Part shown: positions 21,101 to 32,740 of the stretch, in pieces | Layout of the letters: every line of letters begins with the position of its first letter | Position numbering within the stretch: the first letter of the stretch is position 1 | NCBI RefSeq assembly: GCF_001194135.2 | Contig: NC_068984.1 | Coordinates: 18,697,258-18,733,171, forward strand | Origin: Octopus bimaculoides | Taxonomy: Eukaryota | Reading direction: 5' to 3' | Length of the DNA: 35,914 bases | Notes under the pieces: model-generated | What the model was told of the DNA's origin: nothing | Seen by the model: only the letters and a program-made list of their open reading frames with translations | Database searches by the model: none | Made by a program: the position numbers and the translations under genes

Positions 21101-24100
21101 CTCTCTCTGGCCAGGTAACCTTGTACCTCCTCTACAACAAGACACCTGTTTCTGTCTCTCTGTCTCACTATAACCTTCCATCATCTGACACAAGATAACT
21201 TCCTCCAATGCCCCCTACCCATTCAAAAGAGTTTTGTTTTATAGGTTACTTGGTGATCCTGTCAGTGCAGATGCCACTTAAAAAGCATCCAGTCCACACT
21301 GTAAAGTGGTTGGTATTTGGAAGCTGTAAAAACCGTACCAAAACTGACCTCGCTTGTGCTTGTGCTACGTACAAAGCACTAAGTCCATTCTGCTGGGTGG
21401 TTGGTGTTAGGAAGGGCATCCAGCTGTAAAAATCCTCCCAAAACAGTCATAGAGGTCTGGTGCAGGCTTCTGCCAAACCATCCCACCCATGCCAGTATGG
21501 AAGGCGGACGTTAAACGATGATGATGATAATATATATATATAACCTAACCATTGGGTGCAAGGCCTAGTGGTTAGGGTGTTGCACTCATGATCATAAAGT
21601 TGTGGTTTCAATTCCTGGACTAGGTGGTGCATTGTGTTCTTGGGCAAAATACTTCACCTCTTGTTGCTCTGCAATCACTTTGACAGTTGATGTGTGACAC
21701 ACTTGTGCACCTGTTTGAGCAATGTTGATTTGATGGAGGGAGTGAACTAATGTACAGTACATACATTTGATCACTATAAACAGATCATTCGTGCAGGTCA
21801 TTCAACAAAAATTGAACCCTCATACCTTGTCTTTGACAAGAGATTCCATCACTCACACATATGTATGTATACAGAGAGAGAGAGAGAGAGAGGGAGAAAG
21901 AGATATTCATAATTTCTGTGTTTGCACATGGGTGTAAGTGTAATATATTATAATAAGCATAACAAAATATTTACTTATAAAAATGATAAATATTTATAGA
22001 CAAAATGTTTACTAACCATTGATAATCTGACCGTGTACATGGACACACTTTTGTTTCATTCTTATTTATATGATTCTGGCCATTGTAACACCTACAAGAT
22101 AGATAAATCATCAAACAAGAATAGTTAGGAGAAATGAACAAGAAAATATTTTGAACAAAAAAGCAGAGAAAAAAAAAGGCCAAAATAAAAAAATTAAAAA
22201 ACCTATTAAATTTCAGCGTTTTTTAAAGCTTAGTCAGTATACATTACTTACTAAAGGTCACCAAAATTAGTTGAGGAGCAGGGGTAGAGAAAAAAGAAAA
22301 TAAAACCAAGTTTTAGGTTGCTAAAGTAACATGTAGAATATCAAGATGTCCTCCAGCCTGAACTGTGTGAATGCTAAAAGCATTTGATGAGCAAAGGCAG
22401 TGGTGTTAAGTGACAAAATTAGGTCAACCATCCAAGACAAATACAGTATGACAGGCTTCTGCAAAAGTTCTGCCTACACTGTCTTGATGTAAGAGTATGT
22501 ATGAAGACACATACTTAACACTGCCTACCATGGGAGCCACTGGTGATCCCTTAAGCTATAGTCTTGTAGCACAATTCTTCCTCTACCACTCTACCACTTT
22601 TGTTTGTCATTTTTGAAATTTGAATAAATTTTACCTTATTCCAGACATCGGACGATGCAGTGCCAAATAGAAACAAAAATAACCAAATTTATCTAACAGC
22701 CCAATAATAGGAATAAATCTTAATAAAAAAATGAAAAGATTTAGTTTCTATATGCGTAGTATAATGATAAATAGTATCAGTTAATTACTAATATATATCT
22801 ACAAAGAATTCAATGGTTATATTAAAATATGAACTTTGCATTTTGTTCATCAGATGTCAATTCCAGAGGGTAAGGTATATAAAAACAAATTTCTTTTAGG
22901 TGTAGTCATTAAATTGTAGAGAATAAAATATTTTCTTCTAAAAAAAAAAAAAAATCCAAGTATTAAGTTTTACCAAGATTCCGGACGGAGCCGGTAGAAT
23001 GAAGTCTTTAAACCAAGTAAACATCCTGTATTTTCTTCTGTGTTCTTCCAACGGGAACTGTGAGCAAGCCAAAGTTTGTAGTCTGATTCTTGACCTTAAT
23101 GTTAGAGAAAGGAGAAATCAGAAATAAAACGTAACAACAGGGAGACACAACTAAAAGTCAATTATTTTGTTTTCATGAATCAAGACATCAAATCAAACAA
23201 GGAAGCGCCTATATTTATTGTAATAATTATATATTTTAGATATAGGTGTAGGTATGACAGTAAGGTATGAAGTTTGCTTCCCAACCACATAGTTCTGGGT
23301 ACAGTCCCACCATGGGCAAGTATCTTCTGATATAACTCTGGGCTGACCAAAGCCTTGTGAGTGGATTTGGTAGAGAGAAACTGAAAGAAGCCTGTCATAT
23401 GTGTGTATGTATATGTATGCATATGTATGCATATATATATANNNNNNNNNNNNNNNNNNNNNNNNNNNNNNNNNNNNNNNNNNNNNNNNNNNNNNNNNNA
23501 TAGATATATATATATATATCATCATCATCGTTTAACGTCCGCTTTCCATGCTAGCATGGGTTGGACGATTTGACTGAGGACTGGTGAAACCGGATGGCAA
23601 CACCAGGCTCCAGTCTAATTTGGCAGAGTTTCTACAGCTGGATATATATATATATATATACATACACACCCATACACCAAGTTAAGTCAAAAGATTTTGT
23701 ATTTCAAACTTTAATCAAAAGTTCAAACAAATTACATATGAAAAGCTTTTATTCATCAAAATATATCCCATCATATTCTGTTGTCTGTCGCCATTGTTGT
23801 GCAAGAAGCTCAATTCCATGCTTATAACATTTGACCGGTCCAGAGACAAAAGAACTCCCTGCACCCGTTTTCAACCTTATTCACATTGTTGAAATCTCCG
23901 TCTGTGCAGGAAATGAGCCATGACATGGAAAAGGTGGTAATCTGCTGCTGTAATCTGGGCTCAATGCTACCCAACTGTCCAAACCCATGCCAGCATGGGA
24001 AACAGACATTAAATGATGATGATGGTATCACAGCATGGAGAGCGAACTAATTGGTGAAAAAGTGTCACCCCAGTCATTCATCATTTCATCAGTTAATGTC

Positions 24101-27100
24101 CACTTTTCCATGCTAGCATGGGTCAGACAAAATTTGTTGAGGCAGATTTACTACAGCTGGATGCACTTCTTGTTACCAACCCTCAGCTCTTTTCAGCCAA
24201 GCTAGTATTTTCCCTCAAATGTTTTTCACAGAATACTGGAAACAAACCACTTTACTTGTATGATGATGATTCTCATTTACAGCCACCAAGTGTTTAACAA
24301 GGATAGGCACAAGCACAAAACATATACACATTACATATAATTAACTTCTTTCAGCTGTTATCTACCAAATCCACTCACAAGGCTTTAGTCAGTCCAGGGC
24401 TACATTAGAAGTGCTATGCAGTGGGACTGAACCAAAGACCAAATGGTTGGCCAGCAAGCTTCTTAACCACACAGCCATGCTTATGCATATATTTAAAATT
24501 TCCTTAATTTCCTATAAAAGCTTTTATTTCCAGTTAATATGTTTTTAATAATTTCTGCCCTCAAATTCAAGTATTCCTTTTTAAAAATTGATTTTTAATA
24601 TTTATTCTCTTCTCTCACCATATTTCATTTACATAATCTATGACGGAGTTTATCTGTAGTCAACTGATATGCTAGAAATAGCAATCTCCCTCAAAATTGA
24701 GCCTACTGTTTAATCACAGCCCCACCTGAACAGAGCTAAGAGATTAATGTCCAGATAACTGGGATTTTCAATATTAGGAAATTCAATTCTAAAACTAATT
24801 ATAGCATTAAAAAAAAAAAATCTGGTGACAGCTGGCACACTAGTAAATTGGTAAAAGGTTGACAGAGAGACAAATCAATATTAAGCACAAAGTGTTGAGC
24901 TGGCAGAATCGTTAGCATGCTGGGCAAAATGCATAGTGTCATTTAGTCTATCTTTACATTCTGAGTTTAAATTCTGCCAAGGTTGACATAAGGTACCTTT
25001 CAGCCTAGGTACCTTATACATGGTACCAATTATTTTTAGTCACTAGAGTAACTCAGGACTTATGAAAGGAAAGCTTCATATTACTGAAAACATATGGATC
25101 AATGGCTAACTAAAAGTCTGAAAATAAGCATGGATGTTTAGGAGAAACTTAAATGCTTTGGATAAGCAAATGTTAAAATGGTGGAAAAATACAGTAATGC
25201 AAACACTAATGACCTAAAAAATAACTACAGAAAGCTTAAAAAAGAAAGAAACAAAGAAACAAAAACAACTACATTCTTACACTACAAAGTGCACCTATAC
25301 ATCAATGACTGAAAACCGTACTCACATTTTTGATGGATAACATTTCTGAAGTCAATAATATGCACCTTCCATTTGTTATCAGATTGACGGAATCCCCAGA
25401 TGCTAACAGACATTGACTGAGAACCTGGTTCTGTGAGCAGACCAGTAAAAGTGATGTTCTCATTAGTGAATTTGTAGTCATGCCAACAATGTCCTTCATC
25501 AGTCGAGAATCTGATATACTTTGGAAATTTCTCAGAAGGAACAGCGACTAAAAGGCCTCCGCTATCAGCAATTTGATAATGGTGAGCTTTATCAAGAGCC
25601 TGAAATTAAACAAACATTACAGATGAAGAACACCTATGACAAGAGTGAAGGCTCGTTAACAATGGAGAAGCATAAAAATCATTGCAATCATCATTTATTG
25701 TCCGTTTTCTATGCTGGCATGGGTTGGATGGTTTTGACAGGAGCTGTAGATGAGTGTCACTCTCATATAAGCACTGTTGTTCATTTCCAGTATTCTGTGA
25801 AAACATGTCTGGTTATGGTAAAAATGCTACCTTGCTTGGAAACAGGTGAATGCTGGCAACAAGAAGGGCATCTATCCATAGAAAATCTAAATCAATAAAC
25901 TCCATCTGACCCATGCAAGCACGGAAAAGAAGATATAAAAATGATGATGATGACATATTGTGACCATTAACTGTAATTTATACTTTAAAGCACCCACTAC
26001 ACTCTCTGAGTGGTTGGCGTTAGGAAGGGCATCCAGCTGTAGAAACTCTGCCAAATTAGATTGGAGCCTGGTGTTGCCATCCGGTTTCACCAGTCCTCAG
26101 TCAAATCGTCCAACCCATGCTAGCATGGAAAGCGGACGTTAAACGATGATGATGATGAATCAAGCCTTAATTTGATCGGCTAGTGTTAAAATTACTAAAT
26201 TAACTCATTATCACAATAATAACTATCTTAAATCTAACACAGTACACCGCATTGCTGTTGGAAGTAAAAATGCAAAATAAATATAAGTATGTTCTCCTTA
26301 CTTACTTTATGCCATTTATAACCACCATCACTGGAGACAAAAACATCAGGCTCAGTGGTTTGCAAAGTATTTGCTACATGACCTGGAAAAAAAAAGTTTG
26401 GCATGTAAAATTTATTATATCTAAAAATTATCTCTTTAAATTGATTGGTATTTTATGAAACAGAGGAAACAATGCAAAATGTATTAGAATTAGGATGCAT
26501 AATAAATGACATAGATTCTATACACAATAATAATCATTAGGTGATGTAGATACCACAAGCAACAGTGAAAGCAAGTCACCTAGGAGAACAGTAACTCTGA
26601 AAACAGCTGATACAATATAGAATGCTTTAGTCCCTGCCAGAGGTGAACTCTAGTACTGGTGACACAATACAATGTGGTCAGTCCACATTGTGAAGTGGTT
26701 GGTGCTAGGAAGGGCATCAAACTGTAAATCATCATAACCATCACCATTTAACAACCATTTTCCATGCTGGTATGGGTTGGACAGTTTGACAGGATCTGAG
26801 CTCCAATGTCAGCTTGGCATGGTTTCTAGAGCTGGATGCCTTTCCTAACACCAATTACAGTGTGAAACTGGTACTTTTGTCAAGCCACCAGCACTAGTGA
26901 GGTCATCAAGTAACTTGCAAGATAAAAATAGGAAAAAGGCCAGCCCAACTAAGGAGGGATAGCAGTGGTTTTATTCAAGATGTTGAGAGAATATGTATTA
27001 AGCTTAAAAAGAATAAGTTCTAGGGTCTTTTTATTCAACCAAGTCCTTCAAGGTGGTGCCCCAGCATAGCAACAGGACAATGACTGAAAGAAGTAAAGGA

Positions 27101-30100
27101 ATAAAGAAAGAATATGTTGTCTTTCATACTTATAAAAATAACCTGAGAATTTCGACTCTTGTGAGCAAGTCAAACCATATGAAATCATGTTTGTCAATTC
27201 TGCTTCCACAATATTTCTTAAACATTAATGATTGCAGCAATGAGAAATAATAAGTGGAATAAAAAGGGCTTTTGATCAATCAAAGAAATGGTTACGATTG
27301 AAAGAAAAAAAAGGTAGTAAAAATTTTTTTAAAAAGCCCTGAAACATAATAATATGAAATGCAGAAAAATTCATCATCAACATTTAACATCTACTTTTCA
27401 TACTGGCATGGGTTGGATAGTTTGGTCAAAAACTGGTGAACCAGGGGACTGCACCAGGTTCCAATCTGATTTGGCAAGGTTTCTATGGCTGGATACCCTT
27501 CCTAATGCCAACCACTCTAAGAGTGTAGTGGGTGTTTTTTATGTGCTGCCAATGACCTGACATTGGCATTGGCCATGACTACAGTTTCACTTGGCTTGAC
27601 AGGGCTACACAAGCACAGTATATTGCCAAAGGTCTTGGTCCCCTGTCACTGCATCCATGAGGCCCAATGCTCAAATGGTGCTCTTTACACGCCATCGACA
27701 TGGGTGCCAGTCAGAGGGCACTGGCATTGGTCATGACTACAATTTCACTTGGTTTGACAGGTTGTCACGAGCACAGCATATCGCCCAATGATTGAAGGGT
27801 GCTTTTAACAGGCTAGTTACACGACACTGGCATCAGCCACAACTACGATCTCACTTGGCTTGATGTCACTGTCTTCACGAGGTCCAACATTCAAACAGTG
27901 CTTTTTACGTGCCAGTCAGACAGCACTGACATCGGCTACGACTATGAGTTGAAACTAGAGAAATAAATACTGTTTTAAAGTAATCTAAATTAAAATCTTC
28001 CATCAAAATTCCATCCTAATTTATATTCCAAACACTAGCTGAATAATAAAGAAGTTGTTTTTACAGAGTCATCTTTATTTTCAAAAATTTATAGAGACAG
28101 AAGATGTAATTGCATTTCAAAAGGAATGTAGTAACAAAAGGGTTAAATGCTTGAAACTTTCAAACAGAAACCTTCAAAATTCTATAAAATGAAATTTATA
28201 ACTTACCGTGTACTAAAATTAAACCAACAGCACTTGGAGTACTGAGAGGTACTTCAACATTAACATGCTGCTTCTTACTGAACACATTGTGGACATGGAG
28301 ATGACAGCTTTTCTGTAAGAACAGAAATTATCAGAAGATCAGGTATTTTCTCCTTAAACACAACTTTAAAGCAGTTAAGGTTCATAACCAATAACAATGA
28401 ACAATTAATGAATGATTTTACCTATGTTCTTCATTCTATTATCATTACAAGTACTCTAGTGTATAATCTGTCAAATATTACCCAAAATTATTTTGATTAT
28501 ATATCTACGTGTATACACTGTTTATTACTCGAGACAAGATCATCGAGTTAAAAATTTAGGTCACAATTTGGTGTCCTACATTAAGCTGTTAAGTATTGCT
28601 CCGACACAAAACCACTTAGTGAAATCATCACAGAATGAGGACTAAACAAGCAGATCACATACTCCAGCTACCAGAACAACCCATTCGAAAGAAGTTTTCA
28701 AATGGACAGCACCAGAGGGGAAAAAGAGAAGCAGACTGAAAACAGCATGGCACAGAACATTCACGACTGACCTGAGAAGGGCTAATATCACATGGCTGGA
28801 TGAAGAGAAAACTGCAGTTAACAGAAACTAGTGGTATCAACTTGCAGTCTTATATGCTCAAAAGTACAGGGGGAACTAAAACCAAGATTTTTATGCTTGA
28901 GAACCACATTAAGTTCTGCTTATAGAAGTTAATTAAACAAGTTCAATGTTTCAAATAGGCTAAAGTGTTTCAGAATGTTAATTCTAAAATTACCAACAGA
29001 TCACATTGCCTCATATCATCTAGAGATTTATTATCTCATATCAGACTAGAGATTTTCCTTAAGTACACACAATTAGTTCTTAAGATCACAAATATATGTA
29101 GCTAACAATTATGATAGTCATTGCACCATTTGAGCGTGATCGTTACTAGTGTCGCCTTACTGGTACTTGTGCCGGTGGCATGTTAGAAAATCATTCGAGC
29201 GAGGTCATTGCCAGTGCCACTGGACTGGCTCCTTTGCAGGTGGCATGTAAAAAACACCATTTTGAGTGTGGCTGTTGCCAGTACCGTGTTACTGGCCCTC
29301 GTGCCGGTGGCACGTAAAAGCAATGACTACACTCTCGGAGTGGTCGGCGTTAGGAAGGGCATCCAGCTGTAGAAACTCTGCCAGATCAGATTGGAGCCTG
29401 GTGCAGCCATCTGGTTCACCAGTCCTCAGTCAAATTGTCCAACCCATGCTAGCACGGAAAGCGGACGTTAAACAATGATGATGATGATGAATGTGTAAGT
29501 GACTGAAGTGTTTAGTCAGTATACTGTACTGCAATAAGTTTCTACTAAAGATGTTTAACTCCCATTGGCATTGTCTGATATTAAGCAGGTACTATTTACA
29601 GTTAATAGAAGGTACAGCTATAGATGTAAGATAGAAACACGGTATAAGTGACTAGTATTTCATTGGTTTTGAATTCTGGACACCAATAATCCCCTAGCTC
29701 ATTAGCATTCAAACTGGCCATTTTTGACCTCTTACACCTACCCTACAATGTCATTCTAAAAATAAACAATTGCATCGTCAAAATCTCAAAGCTATGAGAT
29801 AATGTATCATTAATCTAAAATAATCCTTCTTATTTGAGGCACAAGGCCTCAGATTTGTGGGGGAGGGGAATAATTGATTACATCGACCCCCAGTGTTTCA
29901 CTGGTACTTAATTTATTGACACTAAAAGGTTGAAAAGCAAAGTCAATCTCGGTGGAGTTTGAACTCAGAATGTAGCATTTCATCCAGCATGCTAACGATT
30001 CTGTCAAACATTACATCTGACAAAGTAATCTGAATGCGAAAGGACTAGACTACAGGAGATGCTATCAATCCAAGAAACAAACAAAGCTGTATGACAATGA

Positions 30101-32700
30101 AGATAATTAGCCAAACATTTCTAATGAGGTTGCTATATACTTTTTTTACTCTCTCTTTTACTTGTTTCAGTCATTTGACTGTGGCCATGCTGAAGCACCG
30201 CCTTTAGTAAAGCAAATCGACCCCAGGACCTATTCTTTGTAAGCCTAGTATTCTATTGGTCTCTTTTGCTGAACTGCTAAGTTACGGGGACGTAAACACA
30301 CCAGCATCGGTTGTCAAGCGATGCTGGGGGGACAAATACAGACACACATACATATATATATCTATATATATACATATATACAATGGGCTTCTTTCGGTTT
30401 CTGTCTACCAAATCCACTCACAAGGCTTTGGTTGGCCCGAGACTATAGTAGAAGACACTTGCCCAAGGTGCCACACAGTGGGACTGAACCTGAAACCATG
30501 TGGTTCATAAACAAACTACTTACCACACAGCCACTCCTGTGCCTATGCATAAAGGAATTGATTAAGATTGGATCATTAGTATTATAAAGAATACTTGAAG
30601 GACTATCCAAATCCATGCATACACGAAAAGAAACTTTCCAGTCTCTCAGGGAGGGAAAATATTCTTACCGTTTTATCTGCACAAGGAACACCCTCTGGGG
30701 GTTCAATCTCCTGCCAAATGCCTCCTCGGTCAAAGGTGATCACTGTTGAAATACTCATATCTGGTTGTATTCTGCTGGCAAAGTAGACACCAAGCATAGA
30801 TTTTATTTTGTAGAAATCAGTAACTTCATATAAACTCGGATAAAAATGGCGTTCCAAAGATTTAGAGTAGATGATACCATCTTGCCCAGACGTATACAGC
30901 GTCCCATGACCAGTATCTGCATGAAGGAAAGAATAATCGTTAAAGTTGAAGTTGGCAATAGCAAAGAATACAGTTTTTTGTCTATTCACATTAGTGTATA
31001 AGTGTATATATCATCATTTAACATCTTTTCCACACACACACACATATATATAATACAAATAATGAATGAGTATATGCATATATACGTACATGTATGTACA
31101 TACTTACATCTACCTGTATATATAGATGTATATCTGGGTACAGGACATTGCAAACAAAGCGTAGACAAAATGATAAACGAGTACAGAAAACACACAGGCC
31201 ACATAGAGAACATCTCCTTCATCAGCTGCCCCCATTCTAACACAGGCGTTTCGACACACACACTTTAATATTGAGCTGTGAGAATGTGTGCTCAACACTG
31301 CATTAGTGGATAAATATTCATTATTTGTGGGTTAACCATGCTACCAAAAGAATGTGAATGAAGAAGCATTACATTTGACAGGATATTCTGAATGCTAAAG
31401 GGCTAAACTGCAATCCAACACTTAGTTTCCAATGGAACCCACAAGCACAAGGAGCAACGCTGTGTCTTCAATCAAAATATCTCTGCCTCACATAGTCTTA
31501 ATACACACCTCAATGTCCTCTAATACTACCTTCTGTTCTCATCCCTTAACTATTTCTGTTGGTTTATGGTCTACATTTGTTTACATTGTGTTATTAGTAC
31601 TAGCTATGTGTCTGTACATCTTAATTACACACACACACACCACATGATCATAATTATGGTGTTTTTACTTTACGCAATGAATAATATTTTACTGACATGC
31701 TATTTGAGACAAATACCATTCTTTTGTAAACAATCTATTAATTTACTGTCCTATTTTTATTTTTGGCTTGTATTTCCTTGCATCGATGTCTTTTTTTGTA
31801 CAATCCTTATAACTCCTTCTTTCAATATTTAACATATTTACTTGTGTGTAAGTCATGCCATTTTACATTTGATTTTAACTGGAAAAAAACTGGGGTGTAA
31901 CTTATATATGGGGTAAAACTATGAAGGAAAATATTTTGCATAAGATTTAAGACTAAATTAGGGATGCAACTTATACACATACAGGGGTTGGACAAAATAA
32001 TGGAAAAACCTAGCATCATAATTTTGAAATATCTATAAAACCGTCAAAAGCCTGTTTATTTTTATGTTTTTTGATTTATTATTAGTGTTGCTTAATATGT
32101 TTTGCTAAAATTGCTGTTTCTTTCCAGATATCATCAGAAAAAGGTAATTAAAATGACAGATCTATTGGACTTTCAAAGAGGTCAAATTGTTGGTGCTCAT
32201 ATGGCAGGTGCTAGAGTAATGAAAACAGCCGAAATGTTTGGTGTATCAAGAAGTACTGTCTTGAAAGTAATGACAGCCTTTGAGAAAGAGGAAATAAACC
32301 TCCTTGTCGAAACAAAACTCTGGAAGCAAACCAAAACTTTCAGATAAGGACTGTCGGACTCTTATGCGAATTGTTAAAAAGGATCGCAAAAGTACAAAAT
32401 GAAAAAAAGCACAGTATGGTCCTGTAGTCAGGCCTTGGAGGGAAGTAACTCAAGCAAAAACTGAGTCTGTGGCAACCTGTCAAACCCATGCCAGCAGAGA
32501 AAGTGAATGTAAAATAATGAAATGTATATATGTATATACATATTTCATTATCATAAGTTCGATGATGGCTTAGTTGGCCGAAACTTCAAAGTCACTATCA
32601 AGATTAGTATTATTAAGTAATAATAAATTTATACTTTACCAAATGTATTGAGTAATTTTTCAATTTAATGTAAAATTGTTTGATGATGATAAAAATAAAC

Positions 32701-32740
<40 letters not shown>

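Noticed and set aside
23572-23600. CTGAGGACTGGTGAAACC in antisense family B SINEs, mimicking a hammerhead core
   Set aside because: No helix II, no NUH after helix III, and GAAA is not conserved in other copies (GAAC at ~29415).
25521-25898. 125-aa plus-strand ORF
   Set aside because: Antisense shadow of sortilin exon 6 running into SINE sequence; no protein-like features.
31215-31258. CGAAAC followed by CTGATGA on the minus strand (possible type II hammerhead)
   Set aside because: No helix I hairpin and no convincing helix II pairing between the motifs.
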